DNA from: Selaginella moellendorffii
Taxonomy: Eukaryota > Plantae > Lycopodiophyta
Direction: 5' to 3'
Assembly: GCF_000143415.4 (NCBI RefSeq)
Contig: NW_003314277.1
Coordinates: forward strand, 569,183 to 633,182
Length of the DNA stretch: 64,000 nt
A model generated the notes under the pieces. It made no database searches. It was given only the letters and a program-made list of their open reading frames with translations, and was not told the DNA's origin. The position numbers were made by a program, and so were the translations under genes. Positions 1-11,559 of the stretch are shown here, piece after piece (positions within the stretch are counted from its first letter, which is position 1; every line of letters begins with the position of its first letter).

Positions 1-94
1 GTACCTTGCTTCTCAGCTCCTCACAAAGCTTCAAGGAGCTCATACTTTCTTCACAGCTTTAGTTCTCGCGAGATTTTCTTCTTCTTTTGTATCC

Positions 95-406
95 ATGGCT
101 CTCGCAAAGCTTGCGCTCGTGGTCTTGTTCCTGGCGGCGACAGTGGCTATTGTATCAGCGGTAGAATGCAAGAACAACATAGCGGACCTGTTACCGTGCC
201 AGGCAGCGGCCCAGAGCGAAACGTCCACGCCCTCCACCGAGTGCTGCACCGCCGTTGGCAAGTTTAAGGATGATCCGGCTTGCCTGTGCAGCACCATCGC
301 CGCGGCACAGGCCGCTGGATTCACCATCGATGCTCCAGTCGCGGCAACCATTCCCAAGCGCTGCAAGCTCGATGGATACCCGACGAGCTGCTCCAAATCC
401 AAGTAG
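95..406 (+). CDS. Non-specific lipid transfer protein (prolamin/8-Cys motif family)
   Basis: 103-aa ORF with a hydrophobic signal peptide and the C-Xn-C-Xn-CC-Xn-CxC-Xn-C-Xn-C pattern (VEC, LLPC, TECC, ACLC, KRC, TSC). Confidence 0.9.
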   Translation: MALAKLALVVLFLAATVAIVSAVECKNNIADLLPCQAAAQSETSTPSTECCTAVGKFKDDPACLCSTIAAAQAAGFTIDAPVAATIPKRCKLDGYPTSCSKSK

Positions 407-568
407 AAGTTCCAACGTTTTCTCCATCATGCTCGGCTTCCTGTCAAGTGTTAGTTGATGGTGCTTGCCGCGCGAATGTAATAAAACTTGTTCTCATCAC
501 CTTGAAAAATAAAAGTGTGGTTTTGTTTCTTTTCTTTTTGCTTACTTTGTGAGCGATTCTTCTGTGTT

Positions 569-2358
569 CTAGTCTGTGGCTAGTGTCCCGATGCCGTATC
601 TGAGAGCAGCGGAGCGATAGACATCGGCATGAGCTTGGACGGATACTGTCACAGAAACTTAGCGTATTTAGCGAGTTTTCAGCTAGAAGTGAAGTAGGTG
701 AAAGACGCAAAGTTGTTTTTTACCAGTGTGTGGCCGTGAATAGCCACCGCCCATTGTGATCACAAGTGGAACGCTACGTTGCATACAAGAACTATAGACC
801 AAGTTGTTTCTCTGGAGCAAACCTTGCCTGGAAGTGAATGGAATGTTAAGCTACGCTCGGTGGGAAGATAGACAAAACAATTACCTGGACAAATTGAGAC
901 GACCAAAACTATCCTCTCGCAATGCATCAACACCGGCCTGGAAAAAACTGAAAGTTTAAAAAGCTTGAAAAGGATTATAGATTACCTGGAAGAAAACGAG
1001 CCCGGGGCTGTGAATTTGGAAGAGCTTGTCAAGCCAGTCTTTGAGAATTGAGACGTATTCCTCGTCACCGGTTTTGTCTGGTAAATCCACATCGTAGTCA
1101 GACTTCATCCTGGTTCGCCATGGATAGTTATTTGCTCCTTGAATACTGAAAGTAATCACTCTTTTATCGTTCTCAAATATTTGAGCAGTACCATTTCCCT
1201 GTGAGAGCCAGAACGTAAAATCGAATGTTGGATATAAATAAAGGAAGATAAATAAAAAAGCACACCTGATGGACATCGAGATCTATGACCAGAACTGGAG
1301 AAGCTAAATTACAACGAGATGGATAAGCTTCCAAAGCAGCTACTGCAGCGACAGAAATGTCGTTGAAAACACCTGCATTGGATCGATCAAATCCCGTTAG
1401 AAAAAAGAACAAAAAAGAAGAAGAAGAAAACAGAAACAACTTACAAAATCCCTCGCCGTGCTCAGGAAATGCGTGATGAGTTCCACCAGCAATGTTTGCA
1501 GCTGCTCTCCGCAATCCGAGCATGACAGCGTGCATTGCTGCTAGCGTTCCCCTGAAAGACATGATTTTTTCTTCCTATAACTCTCATAGTTATCCCACAA
1601 AAAATGAGGATACAAGAAGAAAAAACTTTACCCGGACGAGCAGCGAGAACGAGCAACAAGTTCTCGACTCCATGGAAAGCCTAGTTCTCTCTGTTCACGC
1701 TCGTTCAAAGCACCGCTAAACACTCGTTGCACATAGCTGGAAGAAACAATTCCAAAGAAGAAAATCAAACAAAGATTCAAAGCTAAAGTCCGTCCATACC
1801 TTTCACTGTGAACAAGACAGAGCTCGTTCTCAGTTGCCAATGGAGCTGGAAAAGTAGTGAGCAAATTCCGCAGTAGCAAATCTTCTTCTAAGATCATCCT
1901 AGTCGCTCTATACCTGAAAGAGCACCAAAGATAATTGGTTCTAGCTTTGTTTTGCCCGAAGAACACTCACTCACTTATCCATGGGAAACCTGTGTCCTTT
2001 CGGCAGAGGCACGACGTGATGATCCGCATAGAAAGCAATCAAAGTCGGACCTTTCCCAGCAGCAATAGCAGCTTGCAAGGTCGTTTGATTTTGCTCTGGA
2101 ATCGAGCAAAGAGCCTTGCATCCATGCTTAAGAACAAAAAGAAAGAATTTCAGCAAAATGTAGCTAGAAATATCTAAGAAAAAAAGAAGAATCCCAAGCT
2201 AGAAATTCGTAATCATGAAAAAACGAAGAATTACAGGAGAATGTAGATCGAAATCTCGAATTCCATACCTTAGCTCCAATGCATCCAGCAAATGCCGCAG
2301 CGGAAAGAGACGCAAGCGCTGGACGGAGAAACTGCGTCATAGATAGAATGGACACCAT
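569..2358 (-). CDS. Multi-exon Zn-dependent histone-deacetylase-family protein (class IV/AcuC-like, bacterial type) with a putative N-terminal transit peptide
   Basis: Manually spliced exons give [62 protein letters not shown] and TMGGGY. Introns are short and GT-AG. The last exon ends ...GTLATD* at 569. Confidence 0.88.
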
Positions 2359-2359
2359 A

Positions 2360-2375
2360 AACCCTAATTAGGGTT
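2360..2375. promoter_or_regulatory. Palindromic double telo-box (AACCCTAATTAGGGTT) between the divergent HDAC and PPR start codons
   Basis: Perfect 16-bp palindrome made of two inverted AACCCTAA telo-box cores, inside a 67-bp head-to-head interval. Confidence 0.55.
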
Positions 2376-2425
2376 CTTCGCTATGGCGATGGCGGTCACT
2401 TAGAATTTGAAATGGAGAGCTCTCG

Positions 2426-4384
2426 ATGAGGCTCCTGGCCCGGGCGGCCTTCTCCACATCCTCCACTCTCGCAGATCCCCAGAAACCCCACAGCTACCTC
2501 GCATCCCTCATCCGGCAATGCGGCGCCACAGGCGATCTGAAAGAGGGGCGGCGGCTCCACGAATCCATCGCCAGCAACGGCAATCTCGACCGGTTCCTCG
2601 CGAATCACCTCATCCAGATGTATGGCAGCTGCGGCAGTGTCGGCGAGGCGCGATCCACCTTCGATCGGATGCGCTGGAGGAACGTTTTCTCCTGGACTGT
2701 GATGCTCGCTGTGTATGCCCGCAATGGGCATTTGCTGGAGGCGCTGGATCTCTTCCGCCGGATGGATCTCGAGGGCGTGAAGCCGGACGATGTAACCTTC
2801 CTCGCCATCCTGGGCGCGTGCTCCTCCGCCAGAGATCTCGCCACTGGGAGCGATCTCCACGCCCGGATCGTGGCGAGTGGAATCGCGATCGATGTCGTTG
2901 TTGGCAGCGCGCTCGTCCACTTCTACTGCAAATGCGAGCTCCTGGATCGCGCCTGGGCGATCTTCCGCGAGATCCCCGACCCCAATGTTCTTACATGGAC
3001 GTCGATCATCGCGGCGCACGCCGAGATGGGATTGCATCGCGAGGGGATGGATCTCTTCCGGAGGATGCAGCTCTCCGGCGTTAGCGCGGACAGGCTCGTG
3101 ATCGCCAGCGTGCTCGAGTCCCTGGCCGTGCTAGGGCTCGCGGATCCATCCATCCGGAGCGCCGCGGCGCCGATTCGCGAGTGGATCTTCCTCTCCGGGC
3201 TGGAGCGCGATCCCTACCTGCGAACTGGACTGATCGCCATGTATGGGAAGTGGGGGCTCCTCCACGAATCCACGGCGATCTTCTTCCGCGAGAGCTCGCT
3301 GGATTCCAATGTGGTGGCCTGGACAGCGATGGTTTCGTCGTGCTCCCAGCACGGCCGCATCGATCTGGCCGTGGCGCTCTTCCACCGGATGAATCTCGAG
3401 GGCGTGCGGCAGGACCGCGTCTCGATGATGACGATCATGGACGCGCTCGCCAGCGATCCCTCGCATTGCCCGCGCAACCTCGCGGCGATCGGCGAGGCGA
3501 TCGCGTCTTGCGGCCTGGAATCCAGCACCGCGATTGGGAACTCGCTCATCAATCTCCACGCCAAGAGCGGCCGGATCGAGCGAGCGCTGGAGATCTTCCA
3601 CGGGATGATCCACAGGGACGTGATCTCCTGGGGCAGCATCATCACAGCGCTTGCCCAGAGCGGCAATGCCGCTGGCGTTCTAGCGATGCTCCGCGAGATG
3701 GATCTCGAGGGCACCAAGCCCGACGCCGTGGTGTTCGTCAGCGCGATCGATGCTTGCAAATCCAGTTCGCGCCTCGCCGACGGCCGGATCCTCCACGCCA
3801 GGGCGATCGCCAGCGGCGTCCACGATCGCATCCAGATCGCGAATTCCCTGCTCGACATGTACAGCAAGTGTGGGCGCCTGGATCTCGCCATGGCCGTGTT
3901 CTTGGCCCTCCCCCAGCGCGACACCATCGCCTGGAACTCGATCGTCATCTCCTTCGCGCAGCACGGCGATTGGATCCGCGCAAGGGAGCTCTTCCAAGCG
4001 ATGCATCTCGAGGGAATGGAGCCCAGCCGCGTGACGATCGTGAGCATCCTCTCGGCGTGCCGCCACGCCGGGCTCTTGGAGGAGGCGCGGCGCTACTTCG
4101 TGTGCATGGCGGACGACCACGGCATCGATCCAGCGCTGCTCCACTACGGATCCATGATCGATCTCTTCGGCCGCGCGGGGTGGCTGGATCACGCCGAGGA
4201 GCTGGTGCGCGAGATGCCCATCCAGCCCGCGATCACGAGCGTGACGGCGCTGCTGGGATCTTGCCGGATCCACGGGGATGCGCGGCGGGCGTCCGGGGCA
4301 GCGGAGCAAGCGATCGATCTAGACCCAGAGAGCGCCGCTGGGGGATTAGCGCTACTATCCAATACATTCGCAGGGAAGGAATAG
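2426..4384 (+). CDS. PLS-class pentatricopeptide repeat protein with E domain and no DYW (likely organellar RNA-editing factor)
   Basis: Intronless 652-aa ORF with repeated NVFSWTVML/NSLLDMYSKCG motifs and C-terminal HYGSMIDLFGRAG...ALLGSCRIHGD...LLSN. The N-terminus resembles a mitochondrial presequence. Confidence 0.93.
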   Translation: MRLLARAAFSTSSTLADPQKPHSYLASLIRQCGATGDLKEGRRLHESIASNGNLDRFLANHLIQMYGSCGSVGEARSTFDRMRWRNVFSWTVMLAVYARNGHLLEALDLFRRMDLEGVKPDDVTFLAILGACSSARDLATGSDLHARIVASGIAIDVVVGSALVHFYCKCELLDRAWAIFREIPDPNVLTWTSIIAAHAEMGLHREGMDLFRRMQLSGVSADRLVIASVLESLAVLGLADPSIRSAAAPIREWIFLSGLERDPYLRTGLIAMYGKWGLLHESTAIFFRESSLDSNVVAWTAMVSSCSQHGRIDLAVALFHRMNLEGVRQDRVSMMTIMDALASDPSHCPRNLAAIGEAIASCGLESSTAIGNSLINLHAKSGRIERALEIFHGMIHRDVISWGSIITALAQSGNAAGVLAMLREMDLEGTKPDAVVFVSAIDACKSSSRLADGRILHARAIASGVHDRIQIANSLLDMYSKCGRLDLAMAVFLALPQRDTIAWNSIVISFAQHGDWIRARELFQAMHLEGMEPSRVTIVSILSACRHAGLLEEARRYFVCMADDHGIDPALLHYGSMIDLFGRAGWLDHAEELVREMPIQPAITSVTALLGSCRIHGDARRASGAAEQAIDLDPESAAGGLALLSNTFAGKE

Positions 4385-4639
4385 TGGAATGCGGAGAGCC
4401 CTAAAAATATATTCCTTTTTTGATACGCACTTTTAAATTAAAGCTTTTTAGAGGAAAAATCCATTTAGCTAATTTAATGGTAATTTCTGGTCATGAGTTA
4501 CCATTAAGTTAAACTATTAAATTAGTGTGAGATAAAAGGCATATTCATTCTTTAGTTCAAGGGATAAAGGCAAATTCCTCGCCTTTATGCCAACTTTAAG
4601 AATCTTTTCGAACCTTTTCTCCTTTTTAAAGTAAAGAAT

Positions 4640-6384
4640 CTAGTTTGGGTTTGATTGATCTTGCTGCTGGAGCGCGTCTTCGAGCAGATCTTCGCCAAAC
4701 TCGAGAGCTGCGCATCGAAACATCTGGCTGTCCACCAGCTTATCTTCGTTGGCCACTCCCCACACTGCGTGCTCGAACACTTCCACCTCGATCGTCGCCA
4801 CGAATGACTCTCGGCACGCGGGCTTCCACTCGAGCTTTCCAATCGGAGCAAGGATTTGCTCCGAGAACGACACCGGCGAAGCATAGCACAGAATCTAATC
4901 GCCAAGCCAAGAACAAAGAAGAGTTAGGAACGAGAAGAGAGAACCGAAAACCATACCTTGATAGTGTGTGAAGGACCAACTCCGGTTAATGCGAACTTCG
5001 CTTCCAGGGGAGAGAGCTGCACGTCCTTGAAAATGGTTCCAAGGTTGTTGGTGCGCAGATCCAATTTGCAGTTGGCCGATCGGTATCCGAGTGAGAAGAC
5101 GTAAGGGGTCTCCAGGAGTTTACCGAGCTTGAACCGAGCTCCCGAGCAGACAATCTGGGAAGAATTATCCCGCGACATTCCCTGGAGCCACACATGACCG
5201 GCAGGGAAAGTTTCTCCCCAGTTCTTCTCCTGGTGCGCAAACCCGTCACCGTGAACCACCATGTTCTTGTCGCTGCTGAAAAATGTGTACTTTGCTCGGG
5301 AGCCCAGGCTGTGCACGTACCAATGGCACGGGAACAGTGGAACTTTCCCTGCCCAGCCTTCGGGGCCCTTTTTACTGTTGCCAGAATCCCATGGAACCTG
5401 GAAAAAACACCGGGATATGAGATTTTGTTTTGGTTCTGGAATGAAGAACATTACCGTGCCACTCGTCTCAACTCTGAGGTCGTAACCATTTAGCCGGACC
5501 TCCACCTCGGACTCATTCGGCTTCATCACGATTTTTCCAATGCCTGCAGCCTCCCACTGAAATCCCTTGGGCTCGTCGTCATTGTCAGCTCCAGACAAAT
5601 CTCCTATCGTGCTAAACTTCGCGTCCTGCAAGAAGAAAACAGCCGGGGAAACTAAGAAACTTTCAATGAAGAAATGCAGGCCAAAAACACAAAAAAAACA
5701 CCAGGGAGGATTGCAAAACAAGGATGCCGCAGTAAAAAGAAGGGAAAATAGGGAACACATGGAGACTAGAAAGCTAGTAAACTATGACCGATGAAAAAAA
5801 GCAAAAGAACAGTGGAGTGGACGAGATGGAGACTAGAAAGCTAGTAAACTATGATAAAACTCACACCCGAGATACTCGTAGACTTAAAACAAAACGAATG
5901 CTAGCAATCTAGGACTGCGTGAACTATAAAAAAAAATAGAAGAAAAAAAAACATACCTTGAAAGGGATAAACTCACCTTTGTTTTCACGGCCACAGCGTG
6001 TGTGCTACGCGATGAATCACTGAAGAGCAAAGTAACCTGGCTCTCCTGCGTCGCGTAATTCGTCGCCATGATCACACCAGCGCTGAATTGCCTCGGCTCA
6101 TCCACAAGCCGTGTGTACCATCCCTCGAAGGAAGGATAGGGGCGAATCCTCTCCGGAAGAAGCCGGCTAAAGCTGGGTTTGTGAGGATCCCACGGATGCT
6201 GCCCCGAGAACTCCGCCTCCTCCACGGATTCCAGCACCGACGAGGAGCTCTCCTCCTCGCCCTTGGCCATTCTTACCGCGATTCCCCGATCAATGCCGCG
6301 GCGCCGCCGCGGCGCCGCGCTCAATCCTCCCGGGAAGGGCCACTGGCCGCATGCATTGCATGCCGCTACCGCCGCCGCTGCCAT
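4640..6384 (-). CDS. Tocopherol cyclase-like protein (multi-exon) with a putative plastid transit peptide
   Basis: Motifs SFEGWY, GPEGW, HWYVHSLGS and HQEKNWGETFPAGHVWLQG. Exon 1 is 6384-5977 and exon 2 starts at 5625. The last exon ends ...QSNPN* at 4640. Confidence 0.8.
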
Positions 6385-6811
6385 TCCAGTTGCATGCTAC
6401 TGCCGCCAGCGCCGATCGAGAAGCCTTACATAGCGCCAGCTCCGCGGCGGGATCGATCAACACGAGCCCTGACAGCGACGCGCTAGGCATTCTCTCACCC
6501 AATAATCTAGCGCTAGGGTTTATGCCAAACTCCATGCTTATATTAGCTTAGCTTACACTAACAGTAACTAATTAGCTTAATAAGCGTGTCTAACCACGAC
6601 TCGAACCGTTACTCCACGGTGGTTTCTTCTTTCTTGTCTCTCTCCTCTCGTTTTCCTCGTGGTTTTCTTCTCTAGGACTAGGGTTCTTCGATTTTTTCGT
6701 GCTATTCTAGCAGAGAAGCGATGGTCCAGTGACGAGGAACTACTCTCGGGTTAGTTTTTTTTTGGTTCTTCTCCTTTCGGTTCTTTGGGTTGGAAGAATC
6801 GCTTCCAAGGA

Positions 6812-7819
6812 ATGCGGTCGAGCTCTGTGATGCTCCTCCTGCTCGGCTTTCTCGTGCTTGTTTCTACCCAAGAACTTGGGAAGAACGAGCTCGAGGAAGC
6901 CATCGTTCTTTACTCCGGCTCCAGCGATGATCCAGTCGAGCGTTTGAGTTCTTCCAGCTTTGCCTCCTTTCCAACACTGCCCCCGTTTCCTCCATCTCCG
7001 CCGCCGCCGCCGCCGCCTCCTCCTATAGCGCCTGACGATCACCATCATAGCCGTCCAGCTCCAGCGCCAGCTCCAGCGTCAGCTCCGGCTCCCAGCGATG
7101 GCGATGACGATGACGATGACCAAGGCTCAAGTGGAACGCCGCCACCGCCACCGCCGCTACCACCACCTCCACCACCATCTCCTCCGCCTCCTCCACACCA
7201 TCTTCCAAAGGCCCTTCTCGCCGGCCTGAACATCACCAACGGTGGAAAGCTCTCGCCAGACTTTAGCCCCCGGACTTACAACTATTCCTCCTCCGTGAGC
7301 TCGGGCGTACGAAAGATCAGGATCGTTGCCACTGTCTCGCAGGAAGAGGTAGTGTTCTTGGTGAAACTTTGCTCTGATTTGTTGCTTTGCTGCTCCAGGA
7401 GCGCGACGAGTACACGGTGACTGTCAACTCCATTCCTCTCAAGAGTGGCGTTCCAAGCCCGCAGCTCCAAGTTGGCAAGGCTGGGGAAGATACTCTCTTT
7501 GAGATCGCGGTCACGGCTCTGGAACACGAGCCTTCGACGTACTACTTGCTCGTCCATCGCGGTGAGCTTTAGAGCTCCTGGAGTACGAGACGTTGATGTT
7601 AGTTCTCTCTTTGCCACAGGAAAGAGCAAATGGGATCGTTTTGGAGCAAAGTTCCTACTGGCCTTGGCGATCGTGCTGGTGATCGCGGTGGTCTTGTTCC
7701 TGTGCTATGGCTGCTATGTCTGCATCCAGAGTGGAAGAATGCCGTCAATATGGCCTTTCAGGAGCCGAGACGCTGATGAGTACTCGCTTTTACCGGGGCC
7801 GAGTAGCGGTCGCCCATAG
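6812..7819 (+). CDS. Type-I membrane protein: signal peptide, Pro-rich stalk, cadherin-like beta-sandwich domain, TM helix, short cytosolic tail (299 aa)
   Basis: Exons 6812-7348, 7399-7561 and 7620-7819 splice in frame with GT-AG introns. LAGLNITNGGKLSPDFSPRTYNYSSSV...VTVNS...FEIAVTA...TYYLLVHR matches the Cadherin-like (PF12733) consensus as I recall it. TM helix: FLLALAIVLVIAVVLFLC. Confidence 0.78.
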
Positions 7820-7946
7820 CGAGTTCTCCTTAACTTCTAGACTGAGTGTCCTTTTTTGCTCAGGCAGTAAGTTAGAGACGATCGAACGTTACTGAATATA
7901 AAGCTACCTTTTGACTTACGCACAGTTTCAAGACACTCGTGAACTA

Positions 7947-10925
7947 TTATGATTCTTGAGCCTTGATGTGAAAAAGAATCCCCCCGTCGCTAACTTGCTG
8001 GCCGGCAGTGACGTTCACTTGATTGATAACACCAGAAATATGTGCTTTTACAGTGTGCTGCAAAAAGGTGTGTAAGAGGAAAGCAACAAATACGAACAAA
8101 TATAAGGTTTTTACCTCCATTTTCATAGCTTCTAAAACCAGGAGAGGATCTCCAGCTTTCACATTTGAGCCCAGCTCTGCAAGAACTTTCACAGCCAGTC
8201 CGGCCATGGGAGAAGCGACGGCTCCCGGTGTTAGCTTGCTACTACCGCCAGAACTTGTTAATCGTTGAGATGTTTCACCATGGCTTTCTGTATCATAGGC
8301 CTCCCGCAACGCTGTTGTAAAGTGATGGTGCTCGCCGTCCTTCCACACGTGAATATGATAAGCCGATTTCTGTTGTCCAGAAAATGCTAATTAGATCTGA
8401 ATTGAAAGGAGAGAAAACTGCATACCTGCAGATAATAACCATAGTTTATAGTGGAGGAAATGCCATTGATGTCGACAGTTATGTCACAGCCAGAACTAGC
8501 AACTCTTTTAGCTGTAAGTCTGACACAAGATAAATCTCCCGCAAACTGCACAATATGACTCCACATAGGGAATAGGAAAAGGAAAAACAATGCGTTTACC
8601 TTTACTAAGAACTCGTTGTCACTTGAATAGGTGACATCTAAGCTCATCGGTTCGCATGAGAGACTCTCGGACTCAGGCATCCAGTCTAACGAGATCTTCC
8701 TGGTATAAGGATTGTTGACTCGAAAACCAGAAGTTGTATGCCATGGGCCTCCAATTCTCGATTCTGCACTGGAAATAGTAAATGCTGGCTATCTCAAAAC
8801 TGCGAGTCGATCTTACCTGGTCGTCGAAAACTCTCCCTTATACATACGCCAACGGCCGCTAAAGCAGCGAAAGGTTTTACATCTCGCTTGGCACTTTCGG
8901 AAAAATCTAGTAGCTCGTTCTTATGGTGTTCAATGAAGTGTGTTTCCACGTCCCCAGCCCTGAAAGCCGGATGTTTTGCAAGCTTTTTTAAAAAGTGGAT
9001 GTTAGTTGGAAGTCCAGCAACCTGGCGAATGCAATGTTAGCACTAAACAATAGAAAGAAAAAAGAGCAAACCAACTTGCCTGAAAATTCGAGAGGCAATT
9101 ATGAAGCTTCGCCAACGCCATATCGCGATCACTACCCCATACGACCAGTTTGGCTATCATAGGATCGTAGTGGACGCTTACAGCATCACTTTGCTCTACA
9201 CCCGTCTCAATTCTCACTGCATTGACAAGATAAACTGCTTAGGATTCTCCAAGTTTGACACGAGTTACCAGTGGATGAAGCGGGAGGTGGATTATAATGG
9301 TAAAGAACTCCAGCAGCAGGTAGAAAACCTCTTGGAACGTTTTCAGCATAGACCCGAGCCTCAAACGCATGACCTGCTTAGCTGCGATAATCTTCGGGAA
9401 TAAATAGTGTAGAGAAGCTACCTTGCAGCGGTATACTCTTTTGCTCAAGTGGAAGGCTTTCGCCATTTGCGACACGAATTTGCCATTCCACCAAGTCTTG
9501 ACGCGTCACCATTTCGGTGACAGGGTGCTCAACCTGACCAGAAGTTTAATTCAGCATATACAGAAACTAGTGGAAGTCCGTCCTTACTTGCAAACGTGTG
9601 TTCATCTCCATGAAGAAAAACTCTCCTGTTGCAGTGTCGACAATAAACTCAACAGTGCCAGCATTTTCGTAATTCACAGCCTTCGATAGAAAAGAAATTT
9701 TGATTTGACAGCAGCAAATCACAAAAGAGGATACCTTAGCCGCATTGACTGCTGCTTGGCCTATTGAGTTGCGAAAGTCGTCTGACATGAGCGGCTGGAA
9801 TATAAAAAAAAAACATGGTGAAACAGCAAACAGCCTGAAATATTGTCCTACCGCTGGTGCTTCCTCTATAATTTTCTGGTGGCGCCTCTGAACGCTACAG
9901 TCCCGTTCAAACAAATGAACAACGTTACCAAAGCGGTCGCCAAAGATCTGTCAGCAAGTCTGTGATAAATTTCCAGGTTGAACAAAATCTCCCACCTGGA
10001 CTTCTATGTGTCGAGGCTGTGCGATATACTTCTCAATCAAGACCCTGGTGTCGCCAAATGCAGCAGCAGACTCACGTAGAGCGCTTCTCAAACTGTCCAG
10101 AAACTCGTCTCTGCTGTGGACAATCCTCATGCCCTGAACCAAAACTTTACAAGAGAAATCAGTAGTGTCGCCAACATGAAACAAAATACCAAAAGAAAGC
10201 AAAAAACCAACCTTTCCTCCGCCACCAAGAACAGGCTTGATCAGAACGGGATAGCCAATCCGATCAGCCTCAGATTGCAGCAGCTCGTGGCTCTGATCAT
10301 CCCCGTGGTATCCAGGAACAACAGGAACATTAGCACCGCTCATAAGCTTTTTGGAGGCACTAAGGAGTTCCAAGATAGTTCTTATGGCTGGTTCTTTGAA
10401 GAAAAATGGAGTTGGCGTACCTTTTGTCTCCCATCAAGCTAATCGCAGCTGCCGAAGGGCCAATGAATGTGATCCCAGACTCGTGGCAAGCCTGCGCAAA
10501 CTTCGAATTTTCTGATAGAAATCCATACCCGGGATGGATTGCCTGAGAAGTTGGATATGTATGAGTCGAGAAGAAAAGAAATGAAAGCTTACATCGGCTC
10601 CAGTGCGACGAGCAGCGTCGAGGATGGAAGTAGTGGACAAGTAGCTGAGCTGCGCAGAGGCGGGGCCGATAAACACTGCTTCATCGGCTCGACGGACGTG
10701 TAGCGAGTTTCGATCGGCATCACTGTAAACCGCCACCGTTTTTAATCCCAAGCTACGCGCGGTCTTGATGATCCGGCACGCAATCTCGCCCCTGTTCGCG
10801 ATCAGGATCTTCTCGATCGGCCGCTGGGCTGGAGATTTCTCCACGGGAGGCGCTTGAGAGAAGGGATTGGCGAGCGAGCTCCAAGATCGCTTGCTCCTCC
10901 TCGCAATGGATGTGGAATTTCCCAT
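7947..10925 (-). CDS. MCCA: 3-methylcrotonyl-CoA carboxylase alpha (biotin-containing) subunit, multi-exon, apparently intact
   Basis: [53 protein letters not shown] and the C-terminal biotinylation motif EAMKME all lie on one polypeptide. Confidence 0.9.
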
Positions 10926-11062
10926 GGACGATCGGCAGCGCTAAAGGCGAGCTCGAGAATGCGTGTCACCTGATCGAATCGAGGCGCCAGGACCGCCGCT
11001 GGAGAAAACCCTAGCCTTGAGACACCTTGTCGTGCTTATCCCGTGAAATAGTCTAATCACTT

Positions 11063-11260
11063 GAGAAGGAGACCTCTGGAGGGATGAGTGGAGGCTCCAC
11101 GAATCCATTGCAAGGAGTGATAATATCGACAGCTATCTTGCTAGTTGGTACTGCGATAGAGAAAATTCAGCTTCGACTCAATGGGGAGATATTTCTTTTT
11201 GGACAGTGATGTGCACTGCATATGCCCTCAAAGGGCATTGTCTGGAAGTACTGGATCATG
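11063..11260 (+). pseudogene. Degenerate fragment of a PPR 5' region (also present at ~24970-25165)
   Basis: GGCTCCACGAATCCATTGC and TGGACAGTGATG...AAGGGCATT...CTGGATC resemble 2553-2750 of the intact PPR. Confidence 0.55.
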
Positions 11261-11559
11261 GCTTATAAACTCGTGAAACACTAACACTTCTATATAACAT
11301 GGCAGGGTATCCCTGTGAATCTGAATCCGTCCTTGTTTTCGGAGTTAAGCAAGATAGCAAATGTTGATTAAGTTAGAATGGGATTATGCAAGCTATGTGC
11401 GATTAAATGGGGGATTCTGGGCAAAAAAATTCCATGTGTCCAAAGACCATGTCCTGGGAGCTTGATCTCTCTAGGAACTGCAGCAGTGCAAGTTCCTGGC
11501 TCGTGATTCGCAAGAGCAAAGCGCTGGGCAGAGTCCAATCCAAACACCAATCTTGCACT

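Noticed and set aside
2396-4404. Long overlapping and antisense ORFs (up to 407 aa) across the PPR
   Set aside because: Shadow ORFs of GC-rich coding sequence with no motifs.
6970-7200. Formin or classical extensin, suggested by the poly-Pro tracts
   Set aside because: No FH2 domain and no Tyr cross-linking repeats; the protein ends shortly after the TM helix.
7947-10925. Acetyl-CoA or pyruvate carboxylase
   Set aside because: Biotin carboxylase plus biotinyl domain only, without a carboxyltransferase domain, which fits MCCA.
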